The position numbers and the translations under genes were made by a program. From assembly GCA_964016885.1 (NCBI GenBank), contig OZ024740.1, forward strand, positions 303,924,001-303,988,000: a stretch of 64,000 nucleotides of DNA, given 5' to 3'. The stretch is from Eledone cirrhosa. Taxonomy: Eukaryota. How positions within the stretch are numbered: the stretch's first letter is position 1; each line of letters begins with the position of its first letter. This document shows, piece after piece, positions 1 through 15,700 of this stretch. The notes below the pieces were generated by a model. It did not search any database and was not told the origin of the DNA. It saw only the letters and a program-made list of their open reading frames with translations.

Positions 1-181
1 AAAATGAAAGAAAAGCAGCATAGAATTGTAACAGGAAGCACCTACCTGTAAATCCTTTTAAGTGACATCTAACTGAACTGGATTTGAACTATTTATTACT
101 CTATTACATGTTCCAGCTGATTAGGTTTAGCTTCTGTATACTATCATAATACTAATTTACAGGGACAAAAGTTATAATTAA

Positions 182-388
182 CCCTTTAGCATTTACATTA
201 CTCTATATTTATTATTGTAGTTTCACAGTAAAAGCTTTATATTTAATAATATCGAATCTATGAGATTTTGATATATTTATTTTGAGAACAATACCTTAAC
301 ATCAGTATGAGGGAACGATTATGGCCAGTTTGATCAGAAAGAGGTGAGAAAATTCTGGCTGGATATGGCCAGTTTAAATGCTAAAGGG
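182..388. mobile_element. piggyBac-like MITE
   Basis: TTAA TSD; TIR CCCTTTAGCATTTA...TAAATGCTAAAGGG; similar CCCT/AGGG-ended remnants near 10460, 12870, 15105-15505 and 51755-51952. Confidence 0.75.
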
Positions 389-437
389 TTAAACAAAAAA
401 CTGTGAGGAAAAAAATATAATTCAAAACTATACTCAC

Positions 438-503
438 ATGAAATTTTCCAATAGAAGTGTCCACAAAACATACACCGTAAGTAAGACATCCATCATTTTC
501 CTC
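438..503 (-). CDS. MSH6: MSH6 exon 14 (connector domain)
   Basis: [22 protein letters not shown]; NAGNAG-type acceptor (503 or 500), GTGAG donor. Confidence 0.9.
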
Positions 504-3500
504 CTTCAAATATAATGTACAATAGTTTACAAGTATAAATCACTAAATTGTATGCATAAGGTAAATTAGAAACTATCAACTGTAGGTATCACGACAAAAA
601 GCGTTCTGTCCACACTCTAAAATGGTTGTGTAGGTGTCATGACAAAAACTGCCCAGCCCACACTCTAAAGTGATTGTGTAGGTGTCATGACAAAAAGTGC
701 CCAGTCCATGCTGGTGTGTCACACGAAAAAAAAAAAAACACCCAGTATACACTGTAAATATGTTTGGCATTAGGAAGAGCATCCAGCTGTAGAAACCAAG
801 TCAAAATCAGTTCTGTAATGAGCAAGACATGGGCACCTGATCTGACTTGTCTCACAACGGAAGAGCTCATCTAACCCATGCTAGCATGGAAAAATGGACA
901 TTAAATGGCGATGATGCTTAATCTAGTCACAGCACATCACACACACATATCATCATCAACATCATCACTATTTTATATCCGTTCTTCCATGCTAGCATGG
1001 GTTAGACGGGTTGTCCTGTTGTGGGCAGTGTCTGGTGTCAGCTGACCATGTCTTGCTCATACGGGAACTAATTCTGGCTTGATTTCTACAGCTGGATGCC
1101 CTTCCTAACACCAACCTCATTTACAGTGAGTGCTGGGTGCTTTTTTGCCGTGGCGCCTACACGTCCACTTTAAGTGTGGGCTGGGTGCTTTTTTGCCGTG
1201 GCACCTCCACGACCAGTTTATAATCAATTACTAATTAATCAAGAAAATCAGATAAAATACCCCTAGAGAGGGAAAAAAGTAGACAGGGACAGAAGTGACT
1301 GTCCACTATTTTTCCATGTCCAAGATACTTTACACAATTTTCTCAACTATTATTTATAGTGATTAACTATCATTAATGTGATTTTGCATTAAGACACTAT
1401 AACATTTAAAATTTTCAAAATGCTCCATTTGTCAACAGCTTTAACAAAAATAAACATGGTTTAGAATTTCTGCAGAAAATTTACAGTATTAGAGTAAAAA
1501 CTACAATTTTCAATGTGATGCAATCATAGTGTTGTTTTGTACTTTTCTAGAATGTCTTGCTAATGCACTACAGGGCGTTAAGAATTAAACTAAGACCTCA
1601 TTAAAGAATATTATACTAGATAAAAATATGCAAGGTAACCTTTTCAGTAACAGCCAACAGGTAGGAATCAGCAGATTCACAACAGTCACCTTCCATGTAG
1701 TTGTATGTTTTGGTACCTTTTGTTGTGATCCTGCAGATCTCACGCTTCATCACTTTGTCGAATTTAGTAACAGTATGTTCTGGAATGGAGAAGGATAAAA
1801 TATCAAATTTATATTTACATTATTTGAAACATTTATGCTATGAAACAATCATCTATAAAAAACCTGTCCAACAAAAGATCAGGATAATTCAGCTGTCAAA
1901 AAATCATGACAGCTTTGTTAGTGCTGGTGCTTCGATAAAATGCCCTTGGTAGAGCATGGGACGTCTGAGCACTTGGTAGAGTTCAGAAATATATATAAAC
2001 AAAATGTAGGCCCGCTCAGTCCGTCTGAGTGGTCAGCAGCCCTGTTTGAGTACTGGATTGGTCTGTGGGAACTTGTCCAATACTTGCTAGCAAGGAGAAC
2101 TGATGTTAAATGATTATAGACTGAAGCTTTTAGTATTTTTTAAATAATCTCACGTTTTTTAACTCTTTCATTCATCATTTCTGGTGTCTCAGTTTGCTCC
2201 ACACGTGCCACCTTGTAACCTTTCTGGACAAGAAGATCTGCGTATCTTCCATAAGCAATTTCAGGGAAACCGGAATGTGCATAATCTCCCTAAGTAAATA
2301 AATAAGAATATAAATATATAGGTAAACCAAGCCAAAATCGGTCCAATGTGAGCCAGACATGATCATCTGATCTGGCTTGGTTCATATCTGGACAACTTGT
2401 CTAATCCATGCTAGCATGGAAAAATGGTCATTAAACAGTGGTGATGATGATGATAGCTATGGGTGCGTGTTTAAGGTGTTTACTTTGCAAGTACGTAGTT
2501 TCAGATTTAGTCCCACTGTTGGACACCAGAGGTATGTGTCGAGTTGCCCAATATCCTTGTTAGTGAAATGTATGAGACAGATACTAAGTGAAAGCCCATT
2601 GTATATGTGTATGTCCCTGGATTTAGTGGTTCAATAAAGAGATCACTTATATGATAAACTAAAATCTCTTCACGGTAGTACCGGAGGAAAGGGGGAATAA
2701 TTTTTTCTAAGTTGCCTCCCTTGATTTTTTTTAAAATTCAAAATAATTTAATGTACAAACTTGTATAAGGAATTAAAAAATGATTTAAAAGCTAATTTTG
2801 CCATCTTTATATTTGCTGTGTTTATGTCCGCCTTTCCAACTTTTTCTCCCTAAAAAATCTACCTTTTCTTCAGACCAATAATATATAAACACATTGAGAT
2901 AATTGTGAAACTACTATCTTAACTATAATAAGGGAGGAGTGCGGGACAGCATCCAGAATATAGTTTTTAATCACATTAGTAAAATAAGTTGGATTACTTT
3001 GAATAGATAATTGTTTCTACTTTTTGGCACAAGGCCAGCAATTATCCCAGTGCATTACTAGTACTTTATTTTATCGACCCTGTAAGGATGAAAGGCAAAG
3101 TTAACCTCGGCGGGATTTGAACTCAGATAATAAAGGGAGATAATGAATGAATATTACATAATTTATCTACTCAATTTCGTAACAAATGATTAATCATAAA
3201 TAATTTTATTGCATATTTCAAGATTCACTTCTTTTAAAAGATTCAAATTTCAATACATCCACTATATCACCACAACCACCATATATATATAGAGAAAATA
3301 CATGAATCAAAGTTCTGTTTAAATCATTTATTTGCTTACAATTGTTTCTTCCAAACCGAGGTTTGGAGTCTTCGGAGCAATTTTTCAATGATTTTTTACA
3401 TCCTTGACCTCCTTTCCAACACAAGAGACATATAGAAACATATGTATATATCGATGCACAGTGGGTTGACATCCATTATAATAATATAGCATGGCAATAT

Positions 3501-4203
3501 ACATACAAAGATTAAAGACATATTAAAGGACAAAATTAAAGTTAAAATACAACATTGGCAGTTTACGAAGATAAAGCAAGAGGATAGTTTGAAGTAGTTA
3601 GTGTATGCAATAGTTACACGTGGGGCATGCACGTGTGTCTTATTTATATAAGATTATAGTGTAACACCCTGCCGCACTATAATCTTATATAAATAAGACA
3701 CACGTGCATGCCCCACGTGTAACTATTGCATACACTAACTACTTCAAACTATCCTCTTGCTTTACCTTCGTAAACTGCCAATGTTGTATTTTAACTTTAA
3801 TTTTGTCCTTTAATATGTCTTTAATCTTTGTATGTATATTGCCATGCTATATTATTATAATGGATGTCAACCCACTGTGCATCAATATATACATATGTTT
3901 CTATATGTCTCTTGTGTTGGAAAGGAGGTTAAGGATGTAAAAAATCATTGAAAAATTGCTCCGAAGACTCCAAACCTCGGTTTGGAAGAAACAATTGTAA
4001 GCAAATAAATGATTTAAATAGAACTTTGATTCATGTATTTTCTATATAACTGCTCTGTAAAACAACTGATGTTGTTACATTGAGCTATTTATCTTACTGG
4101 TAATAAGGTAGTAATAAATTACTGTCTTTCACTATTTAGGGTTTAAAATATATATAACTATAAAGGGTTTTAGTATATACACAACCATAAATAGTATCCT
4201 TAA

Positions 4204-4262
<59 letters not shown>

Positions 4263-4319
4263 AGTGAGAAAGAAAGAGACAGTGTGTGAAGAGAGATACA
4301 AAGAGACTATGTGACAGAC

Positions 4320-4372
<53 letters not shown>

Positions 4373-7300
4373 TAAATAGTGAAATAGAACTTCCGCTGAT
4401 TGTAAACAAAGCTAATTTTCAAAACAACGCTAAGCTCTGTATCTTTCTCTCTCAAGAGAGAGGGAGAGAAATGAAGAGATTAGGATGTTTTTCAACGCGC
4501 TGACGTGTATGTGTGTGCGTATGTGCATATACATACATTACAAACAGGTAATACACACATCTAGGACCACATACAACACGCAAGTAGGTAATACTCACAT
4601 CTAGGACCAGATACAACACACAAGCAAGTAATACACACATCTAGAACCACATACAACACACAAGCAAGTAATACACACATCTAGAACCACATACAACACA
4701 CAAGCAGGTAATACACACATCTAGAACCACATACAACAGACAAGCAGGTAATACAGGGTGTTTCATAAACATTGATATCATGGTCTGTACCCAAGGTTGT
4801 CATTAAAATATATATCATGAATTAGTGTTATAATGTTGCTCAACATTAAGCTTGTCCCATCTTGTTGTCCTAGACTTTGTTGTTTCTGGACATTTACATC
4901 TCAAATGATATCAATTTTTTTGAAACACCCTGTACATACATCTAGGACCACATAAACAAAAGGCAGGCGAAAGGGGTGGACAAACGAGCTACTACCAGAG
5001 CAAAAGATAACAATATTGCGGGGAGCACTGGGAAACCTCTCTAATATTTTGAGGCAAGCCAGTACACTCGCAGCGTTACCTGAAGTGATGGCCAAGCTGA
5101 GGTACTGGAACAACCAAGCGCCTTCACGAGCATTACCAGTTACCTCTGTTAGGTGAGCTGCCAGTGACGATAAGAATCTCGCAGTCAGTAGCCCAACTTC
5201 CCCAAATGTCTCGAATACCACAGGCTAGAAAATGTAGTTAGCCAACAGATCACGGTATTTTAGGATTCTGTTCTGTTCAGCTGTAGATGCTGTGGCTCTC
5301 GCCCTTACTGTTGCATCCGGGATGTGGGAAGAAGCAAAATAGTCACTAACTGTGATGTCCCAGACAAGGCATCTGCCTCTTGACCAGGATCACAGGGTAA
5401 GACCGCCAGGTCTTTTCCCATCAATTCTGAACAACCCAGACGGTTTCATAATTGAGGTGATGTTTGTCCGGACCAAAGCTCTTCAGTGGTAATAGGACAG
5501 CGTATGTGCGCGCACACGAGTTTGTCGGCATTCTTAAATTAGAGACGTATGCATTATATATGTGTGTGTGTGTGTGTGTCATATATGTGTGTGTATGTGT
5601 CACGTTTTTAAAATAGAGACATGTGTGTATCCCCTTCCTTTTACACACACACATACATTCACACAAACACACATTTTGTGACGGACAGAAGTCGCTCAAA
5701 TTTATATACATGTGAATGGAGTTCCACTGAAGCAGCTGGAGAAGTTCAAGTATCATGAGTGATGGGATGCAGGAGGCTGAATTAAGTGCAAGAATTGCAA
5801 AAGTTGATGCAGTAATGCGCCAGTTTCAGCATCAGTAATCAGAAGAAGGGAGGTAGGTGTAAAAGCCAAACTCGCTGTCATCTTAGTATTTCTGCCAACC
5901 CTTACCGAGGGTCATGAATCTTGGGTAATGACCGAAAGAATACAATTGCAAATACAAACGGCAGAAATGGGGATCTTCAGAAAGGTCTTTGGAGTAACAT
6001 TACTCGATAAAGGGCATAGCTCAGAGATCAGAGACTCACTCCTGGTTGAGCCGCTACTTCTCCGGATTGAGAGATCACAGCTCTGATACTATGGGCATGT
6101 GATTAGAGTCTCTCAGGAAAGAATCGCTGGACAGATTTTACCGGCAAAACCAACCTGCAAGAGACCCATAGGTAGACCCCGAGGAAGATAGTAGGATAAC
6201 ATCCATGAGCTTGGCTGGTCACGCTTTGGGATCCAGCTGGATCAGTTAGAGATGTTTGCTTCCTACAGACTAACTGGAAAGAGTGTTTGAGAAGGACTCT
6301 GCCCCCACGACTCTCTCAGAAATAGGTGGGTGAAGAAGAAGATATTGTCAATTTACTTTTCAATTTACATATCATATCTATAAGCATATATATTTGCGTA
6401 TAAAACCAATACGTACACAACAAATGGTAGCTAGTCATATATAATTCTCTACATACATTTGAGCTTTATATATATATATATATATATGTGTGTGTCCTAA
6501 GGTTCCTTTTAGTCTGATTTCATTTTGTTCGTAAGTAATTTTTATTATTTATTATTTCCAATGATTGAAAATAACGAATGAAAATTCTAAATAGAACTGT
6601 GTCAATTATATCCACTTATGCACCCCAATTTGGTCTACCAGATGTTATAAAAGACAGGTTCTATGAGTCGCTAATGCTCACACCTTCCCAAATAACCAAT
6701 AGTGACTACATAATTATTGCTGGCGACCTTAATGGGCATGTTGGACAACATTGTGATGGCTATGACGGGATCCATGGAGGTTATGGGTTTGGTACTTGAA
6801 ACGAGGAAGGCTTCAGGATTCTGGAATTCTGTGATGCCAGTAACCTAGCTATCTGTAATACAAACTTTAAAAAATGAGACAATCACTTGATCAGGGGAGC
6901 ACACCAACCACATAGACTTTATCCTTACTAGAAGACGAGACAGAGTGTCTGTTGTAAACACTAAGTCTCTCCCTGGTGAAGAATGCACCTCCCAACAAAG
7001 CCTAATAGTTAGTGACCTCATAGTCAGAGCTAGACGAACTCGACGACAGAGGACAACCTTAAGAAGAATGTGGAAGTTGAAGGGCCCCACAGCCAGTAAC
7101 AAATTTAAAGGCATATTACTTAATGCTTTTGACAGTAAGAGCAATTAGAGACATACAATATCAGTGGGAATTCCTAAAAGTTAACCTGCTAAAGGCGACA
7201 GATGAAATCTGTGGATGGAGCAGACCTTTAGGGAGGAGGAGAGTAACTTGGTGTTGGAACAGTAGGGTGAAGGAGACAATTGAGGTCAAAAGGAATGCTT

Positions 7301-9767
7301 GAAAATAATGGCAGGATGGGGGAAGTAGAGAACACTATCTGGTGGCTAGGAGAGAAGCTAAGCATCAAGTGTACTTTGTAAGGGAAGCAGAGGATAGAAA
7401 GTTCAAGAATGTTCTACAACACGAGGACCAAAAACGTGAGGTGTTCAGGATTGCGAGGCAATGTGTCAAATTGTGATATTGTCTGGGAGATGTGTGTCCG
7501 TAATGATGATGGTGTGCTTGCCCTCACTGATACTGATAAGAAGGTAGCTTGGAAGTGCCACTACAAGAGACTACTAAATGAGGCGAATGAATGGGATAAA
7601 GATATTTTGCCCCAACTTGATCCAACATAGGGACCAGCTGTGCAAGTTAGTGGTAGTATAATAAGTAAGGCAATCAAAGATATGAAGACAGGCAAGGCAG
7701 CTGGGCCTTCAGAGATAGTTGAAAGCATCTGGAATGGTGGGGCATGCCATGGTCACGCGGATAGTAAACCAAGTAATACAGAATGGGGTCATACCAAATG
7801 ACTGGCGTAGCAGCATCATTGTTAACTGCTACAAGGGCAAAGGAGATGCTCTAGGGCTACCTCCTTACTCACCACCATAGGCGCTGAGCTGGCCAGCCGC
7901 AGGTATGAGCCCCGCGAGTTGGAGTGGCTTTTCCAGCGCGTCCCCCTTGCCGTCCTCCGGGGAAACGCCTTCTCCATTCTATCTGCCGGGGCTGTGGGTG
8001 GGCCCCATCGTGTATCATTTTTGTAAATATGACAACAATTTATCCAACTAATGATGTATTATCTTCGCTTTTTTTCCGTTCTTTCTGTATTAGGATATTC
8101 TAAATAAATTAGTCTATTTAAAAAAAAAATATATATACCAAAGAAAAAGTTAGTTGACCAGGTCATGAAGGTTACAGAATAAGTTATCGCACTGCTGATT
8201 AGGGACTGAATTGATCTAGATGAGATACAGTTTAGGTTTGTGGCAGGTAAAAGTACCGCGGATGCTCTCTTCCTTATATGGCAACTACAGGAGAAGTACC
8301 TAGCTAAAAGTAAACCCCTCTACTTAGCTTTGGTTGACTTGGAGAAAGCATTTGACAGAGTCCCCCGCTCCATTATCTGGTGGGCTCTAGGAGTTGATGA
8401 GTGGCTTGTGAAACCTATACAAGCCATGTATAGAGAAAGACAGCAAGGTTAGAATTATTAATGAATATGGTGAAGAATTTAGCATAAAAGTAGGTGTTCA
8501 CCAAGGCTCTGTCCTTAGCCCATTCCTGTTTATTATTGCTCTACAGGCTATAACAGACGAGTTTAAGACTGGCTGTCCATGGGAACTTCTATATGCAGAT
8601 GATCTAACTCTCATAGCTGAATCTATGGCAGAACTAGAGCAGAAATTCTAAATCTGGAAGCATGGCCGAGAATCAAAAAGCATTACAGTTAACTTGTCTA
8701 AGACTAAAGTTCTAGTATGTTGTAGAAAGGAAAATAGGACACAGGTTCCCTCTAGGAAATGGCCTTGCCCAGTGTGTAGGAAAGGAGAAGGTAGAAATTC
8801 CATTCTATGTTCCAAATGCAAGCTATGGGTACAAAGAATGTAGGTTTTATATGTGGCTGATGCTCAGGTGCAGTAAGTAGCAAGTGCCCACTGGATACTA
8901 GCTCCTTCAACTGCCCAGATGGTTCTATAGAAATAGTAGACACTTTCCGTTTCCTGGGTGACAAAATCAGCAGTGGAGGAGGGTGTTCTGAAAGTACTGG
9001 AGCCAAAGAACGGGATGGAAAAAATTTAGAGAGCTAATACCGTTGTTGGCCACAAAAGGTTTCTCTCTAAAAATGAAAGGCAGATTGTATGATGCTTGTA
9101 TACAAACAGCAATGTTACATGGTAGTGAGACCTGGGCATTGTGTGCAGAGGATCTACACAGATTGGAAACGAAGCATGCCTGCTTCAATGGATATGTAAT
9201 AGTAATATACACAAACAGCAAAGCGTAAACGAACTAAGTGAGAAATTAGGAAGTGGGATCAGATGTAATTTACTAGAGAGGAGATTGCATTGGTACGGTC
9301 ATGTGATGGATATGAAGGACAGCTATATAAACAAGTGCAGGGTGATCAAAATTGATAGAAGCTACAGAGTAGGTAGATCCAGAAAGACCTGGGATGAGGT
9401 GATATAAGCTAACCTTGCACACTTGAACCTCTCTAAGACAATGACACAGAATCGAGATCTTTGGTGCTATGCAGTAATACAGAAGACCCACCCTCCCTTG
9501 CGCATGGACTTAAATTTACATACAGTAGGCACCACTTAATCCAATATACACCCTACACCCCTTACACTGTATAGTGGTCATGTAGGAGACATGATAAAAA
9601 ACACCCAGCACCACACTATAAATATGGTTGGCGTTAGGAAGGGCATCCAGCCAGAAAGTCCTATACGAGTGAGACACGATCACCCCCAACCCAAATTGCC
9701 TTAAATGGGACAAGCCCATCTAACCCATGCTAGCGTGGAAGATAGACGTTAAACAATGATGATGATG

Positions 9768-9798
<31 letters not shown>

Positions 9799-12700
9799 CA
9801 CACACACATACTTTCTTATAGTAATATATATTGAAATTTATCATGCATTTACTTTAAATAAGAGAAAAGAAGATACCTTCATGTAGATTAAACCTAATTT
9901 AGCCACCCCTATCGCAGCGTCCATGTGGAAGAGTTCATAAAATTTGCCAACCTGTATTTAAAAGGAAAATAATGAACTATTACAAAACATCTCATGATTT
10001 TATAGTGAAATGACATTTCAATGGGAACATAATGGGTTAACAATATCACGTTGCTTTTTACTGAAGTTATTTTATCATGAAGTCATTTCTGTTTAACATA
10101 CCATGGTTTTATAGTGAAGTGACATTATAGAGGCATTTCTGCTTAACTACATCCAATAAGTTTAGTGTGAAATTACATCCCCTGATTTGGGAGCTGTATT
10201 TGTTTAGTAAATGATATGATCTAAGACCACATATTGAAATTGAAGTGATTACATGAAGGGAGAGTCATTTTAGCCATTTAAGACAACACCAAAAAAAATT
10301 ACAATAATGAGGTTGGATAGTCTCAAAATGGTTCCAGTTATATTGTTAGGCTCAAGTCTTCTTTTTTACTTTATTAAATTCCTCCAAATTTGCTATTCTT
10401 TTCAAAATTAATTGAAACACATAGGCAGTGTATTTTATTGCAAATACAGTAATGAAAGGGTTAAAGCAGAATTACCTTAAAAAACAGGATAGTATCGTAA
10501 TGGTTGGATTTCATCTCCCACCACTGACGCATAGCCTGAAATGGAATAGGTTGTAGTTAAGATCACAGCTTTTCAGAGTCATTACATAAAATATAGAATT
10601 ATTCTCTATCAGATCATTATCTACACAGCTCATCGACACCTATACAGACCATCTGACACCTATATATTCCTATTACACATTCAAAACTTATCCAACGCAT
10701 GCGAGCATGGAGAACAGACATAACATCTAGCACACACTACTATCCCTTACCTCCCCTTTCCATACAACTCCAATGCCCTAACCCCCCACCTGATAGGTGC
10801 CCCACCCTAGATCTCCGACTCCAATCCCCATACACGTGCCCCCCCCCCCTCCAGTCCACACTCTAAAGTGGTTGTGTAGGTGTCATGACAAAAAGCACCC
10901 AGTCCACACTGCAAATGTGGTTGGTGTTAGGAAAGACATCCAGCTGTAGAAACCAAATCAGAATCGGTTAAGTGTTAGTTGAAGACAGTCATCTGCTCTG
11001 GCTTGTCTCACGTCTGAACAATTCGTCTCACCGATGCTAGTGTGGAAAAATGGATCTTAAACAGTGATGATGATAAGCCCCACTTCATAAGCATCAACAC
11101 AAGAACACTATCCAGTTGCATAAACCCAAACACAACTAGATACATATTCCTTATAACTAGCCAGTTTCTCAACATGTACAAAACCTTAAGGGGAGACCAA
11201 CAACTTTTAAGGGTTGGTGCTTAGCTTTGACTTCATAAATTACCTCTTAATAGGATGGATGTCAGTCTATTTCATGTCACATTTCCTGATGCTACCTATA
11301 TCCAATCTCTAGGTGAACTCAACCAAGGACTTGAGGCACCAGTACTAGATTTGAATTTAAAGCTTTTTAACTGGTTGTCCAATATGTTATCCACTCAGCC
11401 CCTTCTCTTTTATTTTATCAAAACTTAATATAGGTTCTTAAATTACATCATTTTACATCCACTTTCCACACTGGCACTTATGGGACAGGCTGTCACAGTC
11501 CAAGACTTGATGGGTTGGAGCAATTTAATCTTGCTCATATGCTCCATATTTGATATGGTTTCTATGGTTGGATGTCCTTCCTAGTGTCAATTCCTTTAGA
11601 GGGAGTATTGAGTGTGTTGGTATATATTGAATGTATTAGTACATCCACCTCTACTGCTAATGAGGTCACATAGATAGCAAAAGCATTCTACTACTTCTAC
11701 TGAGCCTTCTGAACATTTAAAGTTTATTTTATCAGTAACCTTACTACTGACTATTCCTGTGCACCTGTCACATGTGAAGTCTACTTTGCTTGAAAGCCTA
11801 CCTGTGATCCTACTACATCTCATATTTATCTACTGTCCACACTCTTTGGAGTTTCTACCTATTTGTTTTGCCATTTACCTGGTGCCATACAAAGTCCTAT
11901 CCTCTTTCATACAAAACTAAAATCTATTACAATGTTGGAATTAATAAAACTGAAAAACAAAGCATTAATAATAAATTTTAAAAAGTGGTCTAATTTTTAT
12001 AACTTACAGGAGTAACTTTAGCCATGAATGATTCTGGAACATACAGGGTGCGACTATCATAATCTGGATGACTTGTTGGTCGTTTATTTTTATCCCTGCA
12101 CATTTTATTAAAAAAAAAGTAAGTACGTTTAGTATCAGAGGAAATTAGGCAGCCATTTTTTCTGTTCTAACTTGCTGTTTGTAAATAACTGAGGGAAATG
12201 TCTCAAGTTTTGTTAATACTTCCATAGTAGAAAACCAGATCTCAAATTTCAACAATAAAAATATTATACTATGAAAGGAGATAAAAGTCTAAAACAAACC
12301 AAAAGCACTAGCTCAAAGAGTAGCTCAATAGAAAAAATGATGATTTAAGCTACATAATGGTTTAGGGAAGAGGGTGACGGGCTCTATGCCTGCTGCTCTC
12401 ATTTTAGTATTTTAGAGTTCAGCAGCAAATATTTGATTGGTTATCTCATTTTATAAGTTGGATTAATCTGAGCAGACTAAAGCTATCCAATATTAGAATA
12501 TCACTTGAACTTCTAGCTTTCTGTCTGGGCTACAAAGCCATCCTCACTAGAACTGAAGTAATACTACTATATAAATAAAAAATAAAATAATAAAAAAAAA
12601 CAAAAAAACATATCAGTTCAGGAAATCCAGGAGTGGTTTTTTGTTTTAAATGTTACCAGCCTAGCCAAAACTGGCTCTGGTTCTATGAAATAAAATCACC

Positions 12701-15700
12701 ACTTTTAAATATTTCAAATTTAAATTAAAATCTTCCACCATAATTTTATATAAGAACCTTACATTAAGCTACTATCTTAGTAATGGAATAATCATAGTAA
12801 ATCCCTAAAAATTCTTCATTAACTAATTAAAATAGAGTGTATTCCAATAGAAATACAATTATGAAAGGGTTAAGCAGGCTTACTTCAACTTATCAGGTTT
12901 TAAGAAGTCCAAGGTCATGTGCATATATGTTGACGGTTCAACTTTATCCCCAGTTGACGGAGAAGACTAAAACAAAAAAATTGACAAAAATTATTAAACT
13001 ACTAGCATGTTGTCCCAGACTGGATACAGTCTAATGACTGGAACTAATAAAAGGATAAAAGAATATTAAAATAGCTATATAGTGTGGTGGGTCAGTGCTA
13101 TTAGTAAGGCATGAAATTAAAATTGCCTTGCAGGCAATTTTAATTTTAATTACATTATGAGTTCAAATACAATTGTCATTCAGAAAAAGTGGGAGAAAAT
13201 AAAGTACCAATTAAGTACTCTCAGGTCTCAAATGCCCCCCCCCCCACCCCCCACCCATTAATTTTTTAGATTTTTTTCCCACCTTTCTCATTACTCTTAT
13301 TCCAACCCCAGCCCCTCCAGCGACATTTTATTTTAAGTGGTAGCATTCCTGCAACAATTAATTTTCTTTAGACATAAAAAAAAAACATTATACGTGACAA
13401 AAAAAGTACATTACAAGAAATCCCATACGTTATAAAATAAATGGGATGGGTTGGGGTCTCAATATGTAAACTAAACGGCTAATTCTGTTTTTTTAGAAAA
13501 TCAACAGAGAACTAAGAAAAATTACAGATTTTCCACACACCCCCACTGCTTATTCGACCCCCTTCCCTGTTATTTGGGACCCGAGAGTACTGGTTCAATT
13601 TACATTCCTGAAGTGCTTCATAGATATGAATGGGATTATAATAGAAGACAACTTTATATTCAGTCTTACATGTTGATGAACTGAACAACTACAGAACTAG
13701 AGGTATGTGTAGTACACCACATTTACTTACTAGCACAAATGGATTGAGTCTGAAAATTAAGACATCCATTTGAAGTAATGAAACAATGTTTTAATGTCAA
13801 AAACTCTTCCTAATATTAAGCAGTTGTGATATGTGTAATTAGTTAAATTAACTGAGGTCATACAAGTAAGTGGCTTAGTGGTTAAAGTGTTGAGCTCACA
13901 ATCGTAAGGTTGTGAGTTTGAATCCTAGACCGGGCAATGTGTTGTGTTCTTGAGCAAAACACTCTATTTCACATTACTCCAGTTCACTCAGGTGTAGAAA
14001 TTAGCTGCAACGTCACTGCCAAGTTGTATCGGCCATTGCCTTTCTCCTGGACAACATTGGTGGCATGGAGAGGAGAGACTGGCATGCATGGGCGACTGCT
14101 GGTATTCCACAAACACTCTTTGCCCTGGCTTGTCCTCAGAGGCAAACATTCTAAGTGCAAAACATTTGTCATTTGTGACTGGAAGGGGCCTACGATATTG
14201 AATTATTGGTTTCTCTTGAACTAATGACATTATTCTTCTATCAACACAATGTGAAGTTCAATGACATTAGACGAAGCCAGTTACAATAAAACAAATTAGC
14301 TACTATCCCAGTGGTTAGGATATTTGAGCCACAATCATAAAGCTGTGTGTTCGATTCTCGCTTTTTATAATAGAACAGAGGTACCTATAATTAAAACACT
14401 CAAAAAACCTCCTATGAGACACAACCTTGTAGGACAGCTAAACCTGCATAGGTGTGAACTGTAAATTTCATTTTATTTTCTTAAGAGTAACAACAACAAA
14501 TCTTATTTTATGGATAAAAAGTCAAATACTTACAGAGTCAGGAGCCGAAAAAAGAGACAGTTTAGATTTTGTAGCAGAGCTGATAACTCCAACAAATGGT
14601 GAACGTTCTGGAGTAACTGAAGATACAGACTTCTTAGTACTCACAGGAGTAGAACCAGGTAATTTTCTTTTTCGAGATGTTTTCTATTTAAACATACACA
14701 AAACAATTATCAGAGTTATTCAAACACAATACTTTAACTTCGATTTTAATTTTTATTTCAATAACCCTTCACCACCATTTTTGTTTTACTATGTTGGCAT
14801 GTATGGAAGATTTATGCAAATTAGAAGTTTTCTCCATTGCATATTTCTAGAGCAATAGTTTTTACATCTTCCAACAACTAGCAGTACTGCCTGCAGATCA
14901 TAAGTAGATGTGATTGTCACCAGTCTATTTCCTACAGTTAATCTAAGCTTGGTGATTCTGTCACTTCCTCTAACTACCTCTATCACCTTATCTATTCATT
15001 TCTCAGCACATAAGATGCCTACACCTACCCAATTGTCATTTCCTACCCAGTAGAGTTTATATCTACGTTGCTTGCTCGTGATTAAGGGGAAGTGTGCTAC
15101 TTTAACCCTTTTGATGCCAACCTGCCCCTGATTCTATGAAACAAATCCATCCATTTTAAAGGGTCCTTACTTAAATTAAGACCTTCCGACAACTTTGTAT
15201 AAGAATATTTATTCATGAGGGGGTACTGAAAAGTTCCTGGCTTTGGGCAAAAGAAAATACAGGAGGATCAGTTAATTATGATTTTATTCAACATAATCCC
15301 CTCTCAGATTCACACACTTATTGCAGCAGTCCTACCTACCCCCTAAAGGTAACAGCTCTACCCTTTAAGCCAGGAACTTTTCAGCATCCCCTGGCATGTT
15401 ACAAATATCCTTTTAACAAAATTATCGTTTTTGTAAATACTTCCCAAATTCTTCATTAATTACTTAGAATACAAAGTAGTTCATAAGAAATATAACAAAA
15501 GGGTATAAAAATGTATAGCTTAGTCAAGAGTTTCAAATACATTGCTGGAAAAACAAATCACTGACTGGAAAGAGGACAATACTGACCTTAACAGGTGATG
15601 CTTCTGGTTCTGACCCTGATTCTGATAATTCTTGCTCATTAACACCACTGTTTACACTATCAGACTCACTATCGGAGCCAGAGGAGGCTTTGTACTCATC

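Noticed and set aside
1-120. Next MSH6 exon
   Set aside because: Splice-like motifs exist, but no frame gives the expected GQF.DD continuation; the exon lies outside the window.
13866-13935. tRNA genes (also 14308, 17543, 49030)
   Set aside because: A/B boxes run into SINE bodies and no complete cloverleaf is evident.
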